Positions 1 through 14,620 of a DNA stretch of 64,000 bases are shown piece after piece. The DNA comes from Botryllus schlosseri (lineage: Eukaryota): the NCBI GenBank assembly GCA_051294905.1, contig CM119371.1:16370001-16434000 (forward strand), in the 5' to 3' direction. Numbering within the stretch: the stretch's first letter is position 1; each line of letters starts with the position of its first letter. Below the pieces are notes generated by a model. It did no database searches and was not told where the DNA came from. It worked only from the letters and a program-made list of their open reading frames with translations. The position numbers and the translations under genes were made by a program.

Positions 1-847
1 GAGGTGATCCCGGAACAGCGGTTATGCATATCACAGGAAAATTTGTTTTATTTTGCTCCAACTGCAACAAAACATCTCTAAACAGCACTCTATTTGTATT
101 AGTACGCTATTGACAATTTGACAATAAATGAGTTTGAACGGTAGGATATTTCATCTCTAACGACCAGTCTGTTTATATGGTTTATGAAGCGAAACTAAAT
201 CGTGCTTTCTACAATTCAAAAAAATAAAACGAAAATGAGGTTATCAATCAATATGCAAATTTGGAGGTTTCGCGGACCCTCGGTTGAGAACCACCGGGCT
301 AAACCTACCTCCGGTAACTACTTATACAGGAGAGCTATTTGATTCATTTTATACTTCCATTCGAGGTAGTTTTGACATGCCATGAAATCGTTACTTCCAC
401 TATTTCCAATTGCAATTGAGTAAATAAACATTCACGCTGATAGTTATATTTCTGCTTGCGTACCCGCGCTGACTACTTTGTCCCCTCTTCTCACGCGATA
501 GTGAGACTACACAGATCCGCGGAGAAAGTTACAGCTCAGTGTTCTCGTTTGTCGTAATGGGGCAAACTTGACTTGTTTTACTGGGCTTTCTCAATTCAAG
601 TTGGAAAGCTTAATCTACGGTTAATGTGCATGAGGCTGCGTATATGCATTCACCCAATTTTCTACTAACTACCCAAACTACCCAAATATAATCCAAGTTG
701 AGGTAAATAGGGGAGCTTCATTAAGTAGGCCTACCCATAGAACTAATTTTTACTCTAAATAAGCCCTTGTGATGAGCTAATTACCGCATAGGTCTATTGG
801 ATGAACAGAACACAAATTTCGACCCGAAAATTTGGTCCTGGTTTTAA

Positions 848-985
848 AGCGGCACTGCGCTCTAAAAATAATGTAGTCTCAAATTGAAGGGCACATCTAT
901 TTTTTTTTGGGCCACAGCCATTTTCTTCAGAAAGCCACCGTGATGGACCTGCAATTAAATGGAATTTTTAGAGCGCAGTGCCCCT
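848..985. mobile_element. Kolobok-like MITE (138 bp)
   Basis: TIR AG(C/G)GGCACTGCGCTCTAAAAAT, flanked by TTAA at 844-847 and 986-989. Confidence 0.7.
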
Positions 986-3223
986 TTAATCGGAAACTCG
1001 ACTGCAGACACCAGATGTTGATTTAGTTCAAAACATTACGATTTTGCGATTATGAGTGACTTCTGGGAGGTATGAATTTCGACTTCAAAATCAAACACAA
1101 TGCAGGATTTGTAATCGAAAATACGACTTGCAGATCAAACACAATGCAAGATTTGTCATCGAATACCCCGCTATAATCTTGGTGTGACGCTGTAAGAAAT
1201 AAGTTGAATCCTGTCAATTGAGTTACAGAACATACCGCAAGGCCGTGACTGTCGCACCTCCGAAACCCATATGGCGACCAAGGTCAACGGGGCCCACAAT
1301 CAATTCGTAAACTAAATATGAAGTAGAATATATGTAGGAAAATATATTATTGTCAATCAACAGTTGAATGACGTCAGCAGCATCGACCTCAACGAGATTT
1401 GTAAATCGAATTATTATTATCAATAAGACAATACTTTAAATTGGTGCGAGTGAATGCGAAAACGGTTAACAGGCTTTCATGCAATACTCACCGGAGGCTC
1501 TTTATAAGTATGAACAATCCAATTAGCACTTGCGTGGAGTATGGGGGGATGTAAGTTTGGCTCTAAAGGATTTGTGATTGAGAAAGTGATAATGAATTGC
1601 GGAATGAGGGCATACACGCCAATAAAACTAGTTGACCAAGGTAAAATTCACGTGCAGAGGAATTTTTTCAGCATTTGAAACATTTGGCTGAGAACAAAGT
1701 TTTAAATAAATGCTATTTCAAACATTTTCTGTTGTTGCATAGTGTATATATGGTCAATATATATTCGGGAAAATATAGTATCAACCTTTGGACGACCTGC
1801 ACAAGACATTGTCGACGTATGCGATATGCGAATATGGAATCATAAGACACCTTGATATTGTCGATGGTTCTGCAGTTATGACCCGCAGGATTATCTATCA
1901 CGTGAATCTATGAATGTTCCAATGATAACGGCAGCATGCCATGAACGCTGCATGGTGAGGTAATCCTGGCCTAAAAATATATTCTACTCATGAATACGAC
2001 AGGGACCGGAAACCTTTTTTCCAATGGATTCATATTGCCCCTGTACTCACAGTACTTTATTTACGCTAGATGTGAATTACTCACAGAGTTCGATTTTACA
2101 AATCCCATTGAATGACAAATTCGTATTTCTTGCTGTTGTTGCAAAGCTATTCGGTAATAACGTCATTCATTCGTGATAAACTTATGGAAAACCTCAAACA
2201 TAGGGTACGTTAACGGTAATCAATTACTATGGTTCCGTATCTACTTGTCGACTTGCAGCACAATCCACTTTTAGGCTTTATTAAGACACCGGCTATGCGG
2301 ATCTGATGGCGATCAGGAGTCTAGTTATAGTCTACCTACAACACTTGGGAAAGAGTTCGGCTGAGGACTTGAGCGCGCATCATATTGTGGTTGCAGCTGT
2401 GGATCAGTGGATGTTACTACTACGCTATCTCGCCACGTCTCGTGGTGTCCGTTTCTAGGTATTTCTGCAAACCTGTTCATAATGGATGTATGAATTAATA
2501 CAGCATGAATTTTCTCTGATTTCATATATATTACAGCATGATGTAGAGGTTGGATCCTTACCGACGTACATCCACAACGAAAAGCTAGTGATTTTTCACT
2601 AACCTGCAGAATAAACGAATACAATATGCATGCTGACCTTGCACCCTCATATCAACCATACCAACTGCGTTTACAGCAACGCCCTGCTTCAAGTCAGTTT
2701 ACAGGATGTGCATGAACTCCTTTTGTAGTCATGAGGTATGACTCGTATTGTCAAGCAACCCACTTGTCACACATACACATTCTTGCAACTGTCAAAAGCT
2801 GTAAATTATATTCCACCATGATCGATCAAAAGTACAACACGTATATCCAATTAGATATCGTATTTCGAGATAAATTTTCCTCAACCTTTTCCACTATAAA
2901 TGCCAGCTCCATGTTTATATGAAATATCGGAGAGTCTTCTGCCTGATTGAATAAACAACCACCGCGGGTACGAAAACGAATTCCTTGTTCTCGGATTCAA
3001 AGTAATCTCTAACGATAGACACTTAAATCTATGGTCATCTTCAACTAGTGATGTTTCTTTACTGTTTCCTGCATTGTCATATGTGAGGTGTCTATGGTAT
3101 ATGAAACTTTTACTTGATATTATAACATAAATACTATGTTGGAATTGGCTAGATCGATGATAACCCATAGATATAGTAGATAGTTGAAAGGTTAACTTTC
3201 CCAAACGAACTTAGTACCTTCTC

Positions 3224-4046
3224 CACTGTGAACCTTTTTCATATATTACAATTTTCACTTGATTATAACATCTTTGGTGAAAATTTATTGCATTTCAACA
3301 GCGGGCCGCTACATGCCTGGCGCTGGCAGCATAAAAAATCAACACTTAACGAGCATGCTTCTTGATAATCTCAAAAATTTTACTTGTTACAAAAGATTGC
3401 CCGAATATTTAGTGACTCTCTGTTGTGAGCTTGACCTGCAATCACACAGAGCGAAATACACGACATTGTAGGTAGGCAGCGAATGATGCTTATTCAACCA
3501 ACCAACCAACCAATGAAATTGATATCGTGGTCTGATGTAAGAAATCTACCACGTGTACGTGGTCAATCTTGATTTCATATGTTTATTGTATCATAAAAAC
3601 CAAACTCGTGCGATTGGGGTGTTGGATACGGCTTCATAACTTGTTAATGGGGTAATATCGGTAGCAAGTACAGAAACCTGTTGTACACCCTACTCAATAT
3701 CAACGTAGCAATACTCAGACACCGAATACATCTGGTCTGCAACAAGGGTTAAACCCGTTAAGGGGTTAAACCCGTTAAGGCGTACGCTTGTATTCCCTTG
3801 CAAGTCCTCGTCGACATTGTTGGCAAAGCGACGGAAGAAATTGATTTTATGGGATTATTTGGCGTCAATATGTAATTCAGCATTTGTACACTAATAAACG
3901 CTATCACTTCACTGCAATGTAGGGTTGAAACTAGCAATATGACGTCATGTGACGTCATGAGGTTCACGTTAACGTTCACACAGAACCTTTCAAAAAGGTT
4001 CGTGTTCACATGAACCTGAACCTCTCGGAGGTTCACACCATCCCTA
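3224..4046 (+). mobile_element. 5'-truncated copy of the hAT-type non-autonomous element at 20037-21049
   Basis: Colinear similarity to about 20134-21049. Ends in CACCATCCCTA. Confidence 0.75.
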
Positions 4047-5689
4047 AAACATACCTTGATCACTTCAGCCTATCAATAAGACATGCGTCACCTATTCAGT
4101 TAATTGTTAACAGGAACAAGCACCAACCAAGAATCGTTAAACAATTCAGATAACGAATGTAAATCACGCAGATGAACCATAACAGGAAAAAGGGAGGATG
4201 TTAGTTATAAATTGCGAATAAATGGTTGAATAAACTTTGTAGAAGAAGTAATGTTGTTTATTGACTCAGATTAGCAAGTTTGTGCATTACCAGTAGGCCA
4301 ATACGATGTGCAGAAACTGCTCATCGATTGGCCTAGCTCCAGCTTGTATTTTTAAATTGTTTTATGTGCCTTTTGTATGAAATTCATCCCAGGTTACTGT
4401 TAACTATATTCTGCATTAACGGTAACGTACCCACATTTCATAGTAATAAGCAAACAATATGACTTTAGAAACCCCTAAAATAGATCAGTGCTTCACAAAC
4501 TGTGGAACCACATTTTCAAGCGGTTAGCGACAGGTGCGGTGTTTCTGTATTTTGACTAGTCTGCAATTTGATTTCCTCTAGTTTAGCTAAAACCACAGTA
4601 ACAATTACGTAACAATTATTTCTGTTGTGCAATAATTTCACGTTGGTATTATTGTGTCACCCAAAGAGATTCACAGTCCAGCAAAAGAAACTAAACATCA
4701 AGTGATATTGAATAACTAGGCTCCTAGGGCTAAAGCAGTGGTTATTAACCTTTTCCCCCCTATATAGGACATACAATCAAAGGCCATAAATTCTGCAATG
4801 GGCAAATACTTGTTGGATAATCCCGCCTGCGCGAAAAATTATCTACACGACAGATTTTGCATACTTGGGAAGGGTCGCTCACACTTTCATTTGTGTGCCT
4901 TGGAGTCGACTTTTATCAAAATACACCAGCCAAGGCTGTGTTAACAAAAAGAGTTCGTGTATCATCCAAAAATAGTACATCGAACGCTCTCGTATTCGAC
5001 ATTTCGTGCTGGTGACGTCACATTTTGTGTTGCGATTGTTGGTTGACATACGATGTTCTTTTGAATTCTCTACTAGTTGCTGACGATCGCCCCTGACAAG
5101 TGTCAGCCGAAAATATTCGGGTTCATTTCAATATGAATATACTATTCAATTGTATATCTATATATATATACAAGAAACTGAATCATTGTTGAATTTTTAG
5201 AGCAATGAAACTTCACTGAGCAATGAAAATTCGTTATATTTTGTTAGGCGTTGGACCTTCGAATGACCATAGGCGCTGAAGTTAATGACTTATATTATAA
5301 TGATTATTAACTCAATCGCCCCATGCCGCATGCCTTATGCTGGCTGAAAGTTTATGTCTTCATGATTACTGCCGCGGAAATTGTCTCCGCCGCAATACCG
5401 GCACCTAATAGTCGCTAATCCGCCGGCAGCACATTCCTAGACTAAGGCATCCCAACGGCCCCAACGGTCTCAGACAAGACTAGAAATAGACCGTTATCTC
5501 ATAATTGCGAATACAGTTTGATACAACTCTGAAAATTATGTTTATTTTATAAAGATATTTTATTCGTGATGGGTAGCCATGTGAAAATCATGGAATGTAT
5601 ATATCGCACGATGTGCGCAGAAAAAAATCTGCCCATAAATCTCATATTATGAACATGTACGGAGATTCCCAAAGAACTGGGGTGGACAT

Positions 5690-6460
5690 AATTTGGAAAA
5701 TCTCAAAAATGAATCGTATCTATGTCTCATGTCTCATTGGATAAGAACCTTCAGTGAAGCTGCAATAAGGTCACAGAAAAGTCGTTAGGATTTGTCTAAA
5801 AGCGCTTGAAAGTAGCGGCCGTAGAGTGTGCGTATCAGCGACCATAGAACGTCGAGAAGGCTATTACGAGATCACGTCTCTTGATTCATCCATACTTGAA
5901 TGATCACGACCGCAGAGGCTTGCTGATTATGTGCTTCTACTACTTCAAAAAGTTCGCTAACGGCAATGATTCTATGAGCGCATTGTACGGATCCGGCCCG
6001 CGACGGGATTTTGTCCGGCCCGCGGACGGTTACCCGTCTTACATCATAATTTACCCGTAGCGGGCGCAGTCTGCCGAGATCCCCCACTACTTGCAAACTA
6101 CGTCAAATTTCAGTGACTGTGTGCTATTATATAAGTGTCTGCGCAGTAGGGTTGTCCAAAATTTGGAAAATCTCAAAAATGATGGGTATCAATGTCCCAT
6201 TCTATTGATTACTGATAAAAAAAAACAATGAGCCTGGAATAAACTCACAGAAAAGTCGTTAAGATTTGTCGCAAAGCGTTTGAAAGTAGCTACCGACGAG
6301 TGGGCGTACCAGCGACCATAGAACGGCAACAAGACTAGTAATCACGAAGTCACGACTTTCGATTGGCTAATCGGCTATGCTTCAAAGATCACGACGGTGG
6401 CGGCTCGCTGATCAGTTGTTGAAAGAGTCTGCTAACCGCGGTAATTCTCTAAGCGGAATT
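5690..6460. repeat. Diverged direct repeat of about 290 bp (about 5690-5980 and 6160-6455)
   Basis: Both start aatttggaaaatctcaaaaatga and share cacagaaaagtcgtta and cagcgaccatagaacg. Confidence 0.7.
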
Positions 6461-6599
6461 TACGTTGGTTTGGCAGATAACGATTTAAGATCTATTCAGG
6501 ACATGTTGAGTTACTAAATACATGATGATGTAAAACAGCAACTGCTTCACATAACCTTTTATAGCATGACTGGCTTATTGTGAAGGAAACTGCAGTAAC

Positions 6600-6940
6600 C
6601 TACAGGTCTGTTGTGACCGAGGGAAAGCACGAAGCACGCGGAGAAATATTGCAAAGGTGCTTATGCTAGTGACAAACTAATTTCTCGTTTCGTAAGAGAT
6701 GCACCATCATTAAATACAAATATAAAGCTTGACAATGACACTACTTTGTCTGATCTTATTAGGCTTTAGTCGCGGTATAAATTGAAGTCTTGAATGCTCT
6801 CAGGATTGGCTGAAACAGGAAAATGAATTCACTCGTAAGTGTTGTCAAAGTCCTCAATGATGCCGCAGAAAGAGATGTAAAGGTGAGCACAGACTAGACT
6901 AGCACAGACCCAGCTAGCATGACCATTAAAAAGACCATTT
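6600..6940 (+). pseudogene. Degraded DNA-transposase C-terminal fragment (hAT-related)
   Basis: 6841-6894 translates VVKVLNDAAERDVKVSTD, resembling the V.ND.AER.VK motif. Surrounding frames are disrupted. Confidence 0.45.
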
Positions 6941-8470
6941 TGATTGTACAGCGGGGCTGTTCAAAAATAACTTTTTTCTCCTGAATCTTGCTGGCTACTT
7001 GATTAAATCGTTAGGCTGCCTAAAAAAACGATGCACACCAAATTTGAATTCATTCCAACCAATTTTTGCGGGTTTCGTAGAGTTTGAAAATTTGACCTGT
7101 GACCGGTTGGTCGGTGGATAATCCAAGAATTATCAGAGATAAACTGAAATACCTCCGCTTCTACGGCTTGTAATTGAGTCAAATATGTTTTGCATAGTTT
7201 TTGAAGACATCCCAACAATTTCATGGGGTTGGCAGAAAAAATTTGAATTTTTTTTTTTTAAATGGCTTTGAAGTGACATTGCTGTCGTTACAATACATTC
7301 ATTAAATACGATTTATTCATTGTATATGTGGATAAATGGGCGATTAAAGCATCGATTGAGCAATTCGGCCAGCCAAGTACTCAATTTTCGTCTATCCGGC
7401 CCGTCGACTGGAGAAGTTGCCGGCCCCTGGGCTACGCTATACATGCAAACATACATGGGGTGATTACTTCATGAATGTAATCGATTACGATTACGATTAC
7501 TTCTGAATCTCGCGATTACGATTACGATTAAGATTACAGCAAAATCATGAAGTACTCGAATACCCACGATTACAATTACTTTGCTTCTTAGAACTTATCT
7601 TTGAAGAGATAATAAAGACAATATAACGATTGCGGTGAAAAGGCCTCATGAGTAGGGCGATTTTGGTTGACTACTTTTTTGTAAAATGAGGTGTCATGAC
7701 GTAATTTACTGTTTATGTCATAATATAACCATTGGTTAACTTTATAGCTGATGATTTTTCGCACCAAACAATCTTCATTCCAGCCAAGGTCGTAGTCAAA
7801 CCTCCCAATTTCATGAGGAAAGAGTCCGAAGCGGACACAAAATTATTTCGTAAATCAATATAAATTATAGATTATTTTTGAGAGATTTAATTACCTTGAA
7901 AATTTTGTTCACACTTCGCCATTTAATATCTCTAAATATCTTGATTTAGAAATGCATGCCTCCCCTCAAAAAAGAATAAAATATGTGTATTCAATAGAAA
8001 TAGGCATTTCGGTGCCGGCCATTACCGCGACATGACACATCAAGACATACACAGCTTCAGCCATCATTCGACTCCACGAAGTGTGCTACCACAGAAAGAC
8101 CATGGCCGAAACTTTGTGTGTGTGTCCATTGTCCATAACTGCGCTGGATGGGCGCGACTGATATTCCTGTCCTCCAAATCTGGGTCACACATACGAATGC
8201 CACCAGGGAATCCACAAAGTAAAATGATGCACGCCGTGAAGAAATGACAATTTGTGTGTCCGTCTGACGAAAGTTTTTCTTTTAGTTTTTTTTTCTTCAT
8301 AGTCTGTGGTCTATGTTTGGGTGACTCCAATCTCATTTGACCATTTAGCAGGTTCAGGAGGAGGTCACGAATTAGGAACATACAATATGAACTACCGGTA
8401 AATCTGACTGCGTGGGCTGAGTTAGGATCAAAAAGGAATAGTAATATATGCAATAATCAATACTATAGAC

Positions 8471-9140
8471 CAGGGGTCACTAACCTTTTTACAACCAAGG
8501 GCTACTTTTGGGTACTGATTGAAGCGACGGGCTACCATTTACTCCCGCTGTTTATCCGTGTTAGACACAATTTCCGCTTTGATATTTATAGCATTGGGCA
8601 GGTATCGCATAGCGGTAAGACTTCCATGAGATTCTTTTAAATCAAAACGTCTCATTTCAACCAGCTAGCCAGTAAGACTTTTTAAGCAATCACGAATTAC
8701 TCCGCACGGTGTTTATATAAATTATGAAACAACTGTAAGCTCAGATTTTGAAATAAATTTTGTCACACGTTATACTGGACATCATCTTATCTGTTTCTAA
8801 ACCAGTCAGTGGGAGGCCTGGCATTGCATGCTATCAACTAGTGCGCTGTACTCTGGTATGTAACTTACACTGCAACTCTGAGTGAGTGTTCCAGATGTGC
8901 ATTAGTGAGGCGTGTTCTGTGTTTGTTATTTGATGAATGTGGTGTCCGCAAAGGCTGATTCACAACGATAAGTTGAACCAGACACGCTTGCAACCTTCAT
9001 AGCTGCTGCGCATTCACCACTGTACTTTTCCGTGTCAACAAGGTACCAAAAGTTTGCTGCAGCCTTGTGGGCTTTGAGGTGGAGGTGATTTTGCAGTGGT
9101 ACAATTTCAATCTCTAACTGTTCAGCATCCAGACATCACA
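8471..9140 (-). mobile_element. hAT (Charlie/Buster-like) relic with hATC dimerisation-domain remnant
   Basis: Terminus CAGGGGTCACTAACC at 8471. About 8870-9140 is a reverse-strand homolog of 14336-14620. Confidence 0.65.
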
Positions 9141-9496
9141 GCTTTCATTATACCTGACAGCAGCATCGATTACAGAAAGTTAGAAACATGGTACTATAAA
9201 CTGCGTTGAGTGTAAGAGAGACAAGCTGTGTCAAAAGATGCAATACACATTGGGCGTAGGCCTACTGCATCTGCTAGTACGTCACCGCCATTTGCTACCG
9301 GATAGTAATGTTGTTTACTACTTTGGCACTGTCCATGCCGTCGAGCTACCATAACGGAACCCACCACCCTTTCAAGAAGACCGTGGATGGCATGCCGTCA
9401 TATCGCCTATTCTACGTCTTCGATATCTTGTTATTCTACTACATGTTGGTATATATTACTAATTGTAATTGGGGATATTTGATATCATCATTTTAA

Positions 9497-10575
9497 AGGG
9501 GCACTGCGCTCAAAAAATGATGTGGTCTTAAATTGAAGAAAAAAAACAAAGAAACATTTTGGCCGCAACCATTTTCTTTAGAACGCCACCGTAATGGAGC
9601 TGCAATTTACTGAAATTTCTACAGGACCAGAACGCTCCAGCGGTCGCGGCTGCGCGTCATTTCTTAACCCGTTACATGGCACTATCGAATGTAAACATTA
9701 CATTACATTCGATAAGGGCACGATGCCTTCACCGAGGCACTTGCTCGACGCGATTAGTCAGTCTCGCAGAGACTGAACTTTCGATAGTTGTCAGCCGATG
9801 TTATGAAGTAAATATGTTTACACGCCAAGGCGGTTTAAATACGGCTTTAAACAAATGATGTTGCGATGTTGTTATGAAAAGTTGCGCGTTACGTTTGCCA
9901 CCAATTCCACTCTGGCGATATATATGTTTTTTGGGTAGGCTGAGGAGTTGTCGGTTCAGGTTGGGTTTGCGTACCGTTGGATTACGGTTAGGGATGATGA
10001 ATTTTACTACAGTACCCGAACCCTAAACACAATTTCGAATGTCATAAATTTTGTCATGTTCATGGGGAACCCTGATTGGTGGTATTCGTGTTGTGAATAA
10101 GAAATTTCTGTTATCCTGAAAAAACGTCTACGGTATTGTCTTGCTCCACCCAGAATCTTCATAATAAGTTTGTTCCACTTTTTATTGAGGATATACCAAT
10201 GCATTGACATTATTGCAAGCTGCAATGACAAGATGTACCGTTACATCGTGTGAAGTTACAACGAATGACGCAACGCATACTCTTCATAAAAGTCCTTCTG
10301 GAATTGCACTAAGACGCCAGTGGTTTAATGCCATAGGAATCTCCTTGAACAAGATAGAGCAGAAAAAGATTCTTGTATGCAGTAGGCATTTCAAGATAGG
10401 CGATTATACTCGTCCCCGTAAAGGACTAGATCATAGCTCCATAATAGAATTCGTAGTGGTGGCTCGTCCCAATTGCCTTAGGGACAATCGAAGATTGTCT
10501 TGCGAAGAATCGCACAGTTTATCTTTGAATATTGCATTGCATTATGCATTTGCCGCGAAACTGAAATGCATTTGA
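9497..10575 (+). mobile_element. Kolobok-like transposon left end with THAP-domain remnant
   Basis: TTAA|AGGGGCACTGCGCTC terminus homologous to 848-985, followed by a THAP ORF. Right end not found. Confidence 0.55.
10225..10420 (+). pseudogene. THAP zinc-finger (C2CH) coding remnant
   Basis: MTRCTVTSC...LHKSP...RRQWFNAI...LVCSRHFKIGDY matches the THAP signature. Confidence 0.8.
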
Positions 10576-11440
10576 ATCTTGTTCTCTACCTTATCCAGAA
10601 ATATTGTAATTAGTATAATTATAATTATAAATAAAACGCCGGGGGTAGTGATGCTTATTATTCCCATTGACTTTTTGCGTCACGGAAAGAGATATAGGTT
10701 TAAGCAAGATTACATTCTAAAAATAATACGACAATAATACACTATATACCCGGTGTCGGAAACCTTTTTCGTCCAAAGAGTAATATTGACCATGGCCTGT
10801 ATATTTCATTATTATTATCAAGGAGCCACACATGTCAATAAACTGTTACGTCACAATCGAAAATTCGATTCGTCATGGTAACGCTAATTCGAAGTCACTA
10901 CATGGGATTCGTCGTGTGCTTCGTATTTTCTCTGTGAATTTCGTAGTTACCAATTTTACCCCCCTAATCACGCAATTTTTATATTTAATAAAATAAAGCG
11001 CAAAAGTAGAGGAAAGCCAATGGGGCGAAACAGCACTTCATGAGGCCCCGCCCAAAACGCTGGTCTTGATATCCAATTGCAATATTAACCAAGCCAGACC
11101 CCTTTTGTCCCGAACTCACCGCTGCTATAGACAAAATGTTGTGTTATGGAGAGTCGGGGTGTATTTTGTGTAGTCGCTACAATCGCGACAAAAATTTGAA
11201 AATTTCGAACTTCATTAGGTCTCCAAAACAGTGCATTTCAACTTTTCTGAGCTCGATTCGCACTTATTTTGTAAAATGAATTTCATTCACACAAACTAAC
11301 CGAACATTGTTATGCAAAAAGAAGCTGCTTGTTTTGTTCAGATGTGCAACAAACTGACCACTATGTAGCTTAGTGGCCCATGTATATTGTGGTAAATCAA
11401 TATCATTTCGCATTAGTCACTAGGATTCATATATCACAAT

Positions 11441-11954
11441 TAGGGCTGGGCAAAATCGAGTACCTGAGTGATTCGATTCTGAATCACGTAATATGCTTCG
11501 AGTCGAGTCGAGTAATCGAGTATCACTCATTATGACGTCACAACAGGATGTACTATGTCGAAGTCCAAATATGAGCCTTTTATGCCACCACAAAGAACTT
11601 AATGCCTGTTATCCATCACATTAAAGATACTTTAGTATTTTTTCGACCATACCGATTTCATTGCACTTCTTAACAATTTTGTTGGATGATAATGACTTCG
11701 GAAATGTGTTATTGCAGTAACGTTCGTAGCTTTAAACTGTGCCTGGTATGCTCAAACACGGCCAATCAAGTTTTCACGGCTTTCTCAGTGGAAAATAGTA
11801 TCAAAACTATAACTTTCGTCAGTAAATTAACTTTCAGTGGCGAGGACCGTATAATTTCAGTACTCGAAAAAATCGTCTTTTACTACTCGACTCGAATCAA
11901 TAAAATTACTACTCGATTCAGATTCGAGTACTCGAATCATTTTGCCCAGCCCTA
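11441..11954 (+). mobile_element. hAT-type MITE family A, copy 1
   Basis: TIR TAGGGCTGGGCA. TSD atcacaat/atcgcaat. Confidence 0.85.
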
Positions 11955-12141
11955 ATCGCAATAGCGAAAGTACCCCTCTCCGGTTAACTGCTGAAAAGGC
12001 AAGCCATTGACAAAATCTATTTACTGAAACTACGTTTTTGACTTCGACCACTTGAACTTCTAATTAGTTTTTAGACATAAGTAGCCTATATACAGGTGAC
12101 TATTCATATCCATACTCAATTGTAAACCTTGATGAAATAAC

Positions 12142-12661
12142 TAGGGCTGGGCACAATGATTCGAGTACTCGAATCTGAATCAAGTAATAATTTCAATGAT
12201 TCGAGTCGAGTAGTAAAATATGATTTCTTCGAGTGCTGAATTTATACGCTTCTCAACACTGAAAGTTTATTTATCAACGAGAATTATAGTTTCGATACTA
12301 ATTTTCACCGTTGAAGCCTCGAAACCTTGATTGGCGGTATCATAGCATCCGAAATCTATGGTACAAAGCTACGAAGGTTACTGGACGTAGCACATTTCCG
12401 AAGTAATGATTATCCCACAACATTGTAACCTAGTGGAATGAAATCGGCATGGTCGAAAAAATACGAAAGTATCTTTTATGTGATAAATAACAGGCTTTAT
12501 ATTCTTTATTGTGGTGGCATAAATGATACATCTTTGAACTTTGTCGTATTGCATTTTGTTATGACGTCACAATGAGTGATACTCGATTACTCGACTCGAC
12601 TTAAAGCATAATACGTGATTCAGAATCGATTCACTTAGGTACTCGATTTTGCCCAGCCCTA
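12142..12661 (-). mobile_element. hAT-type MITE family A, copy 2
   Basis: TIR TAGGGCTGGGCA. Perfect 8-bp TSD gaaataac. Confidence 0.9.
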
Positions 12662-13749
12662 GAAATAACACTAGTCGAAAATTGATCAAGATTTCATTTG
12701 AAAACCCAGCATGATGTAAACTCAGTCGGGAATCAAACATTAAGCGATCTCGCCGCGCCGTTTGATCGACATTTCGTGCCGGTGACGTCATATTTTGTGA
12801 TACGATTGTTCATATACGATGTTCTTTCCAATTCTAGTTGCAGACGATTACCCATGTAGAGTGGCAGCCGAAAATATTCGGGTTTATTTCAATATCAATA
12901 TAATGCCGAATACCTGCTAAAATATTAGACACGCGACCTTCAATATTGGTTTGAACTCCCAATTTGAGGATTGCAACGAGCACACATTGTATTCTTGAAC
13001 TGATTTGAGTCGACAGGGGGAATGTTTTGGTCGTTTGGCGCGTTGATTAGCAATTCACTTCACCCGAAGTCACTCTGCACATCTGCTTTGTTTATTCAGA
13101 TTCCACCTAACTGGTAAAAGTATATATAGGAATAGCTACTTTTGCTCCCGTTGCAATGTAACCTGGATATTAAAGTGACAAAAAAGTATTCAAAGGTACA
13201 ATCTGATGGCTATAGTGTCACTATATCAATCTAATTCAATGGTATGCAGCTTGGGATTAAATTTCTGTATCGTAGTACTCCTATCCACAAACAATGTTTA
13301 CTTTTGTTGAGCACTGCATTGCTGATAATCTTTACGTGGTACGCAGCAATCGTGAATAGAGCAGTAAACTTTACTCTCGCGCCAACACTACGATATAACT
13401 TTATTACGTAATTTATGACTGGAGCAACGGTTTTAATCAGAACTACGCACATATCCCGTGGCTCGTCAGAACTTGGTGGTAGTAGACAGAAACGTTGATG
13501 GATTAAATAGTATACTCATGTTTAAATAAAACGGAATAATGTCGGTGGACACTCGTTGGGGGACATCAGCTATTGGTACGGAATTATAAATACGACATTG
13601 GTAATCAGCATTGTATATCAGCATATATAACGTTGGTGTTTCTCAGTTTCTGACTCACAATTAAAAAGAACTCCAGCGATGTATCGGCTCGAGGTAACTG
13701 AACGTGCGTGTATACCACTTCTGTCGAGTAGAAGTTTACACAGTAGACC

Positions 13750-14620
13750 AGGAGTCACCAATACGGTGCCAGCGGGCCCCATAAGCAAGTTGTCCGCAAG
13801 GACCAGATGAGTAGCCCGCGAGCCTGTTCTAAAAATAGATCGAATTTCAGCACTTATCAGTGGGCTTATATCTATATAGATTGATTGACTTGTTTTTTTT
13901 GTTTAAATCACTTGTAACTTCCTAATGAAAATACATATACATTAATACTTACACTAATGATATCAAATATCCTCGCAATTACAATTAGTAATATACCAAC
14001 ACCAACATGTAATCGAATTGCAAGATATCGAAGACTGAGGGTACGGCACGCTGCCTATACAGGCGACATGACGGAATGCCATCTACGGTCTTCTTGAAAT
14101 AGCTGGAGGTTCCGTTATAGTAGCTCGACGTCCAGGACAATGCCAAAGGAGTAAACTACATTATTATTCGGTAGTAGATAGCCGGGAAACACTAGCAGAT
14201 TTTCAATATCTGTATGCCCATTCGTAGGCCTATTGTATTTTTTGACACAGCTTGATTGTTTTACACTCAACGCAGTTTAATACTATGTTTCTAACTTTCT
14301 GTAATCGTTTGTGTTGCCCGGTATTATGAAATCTATTGAGTCCGGAAGCTGAGCAGTTGGAGATTGAAATTGTAACACTGCAAAATCAACTCCACCTGAA
14401 AGCCCGCCAGGCTGCACCAAATTTTTGGTGCCTTGTTGACACGAAAAAGTGCAGTGGTGTATGCGCACATTCCGCTGCAGCTATGGAGGTTGTAAGCATA
14501 TTAGGTCCAGCCTATCGCTGTGAATCAGCCTTTTCGTACACGAACTTCATCAAAAACAAAGACAGAACACGCCTCACTGATGCACATCCTCAAGACTCAC
14601 TCAGAGTTGCAATGTCAAGT
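13750..14620 (+). mobile_element. hAT (Charlie/Buster-like) relic with hATC dimerisation-domain remnant
   Basis: Terminus CAGGAGTCACCAA. ORF 14336: FWCLV...YRCESAFSYTNFIKNKDRTRLTDAH.QDSLRV, typical of the hAT C-terminal domain. Interrupted by another CAGTGGTTCTCAA terminus at about 14622. Confidence 0.75.
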
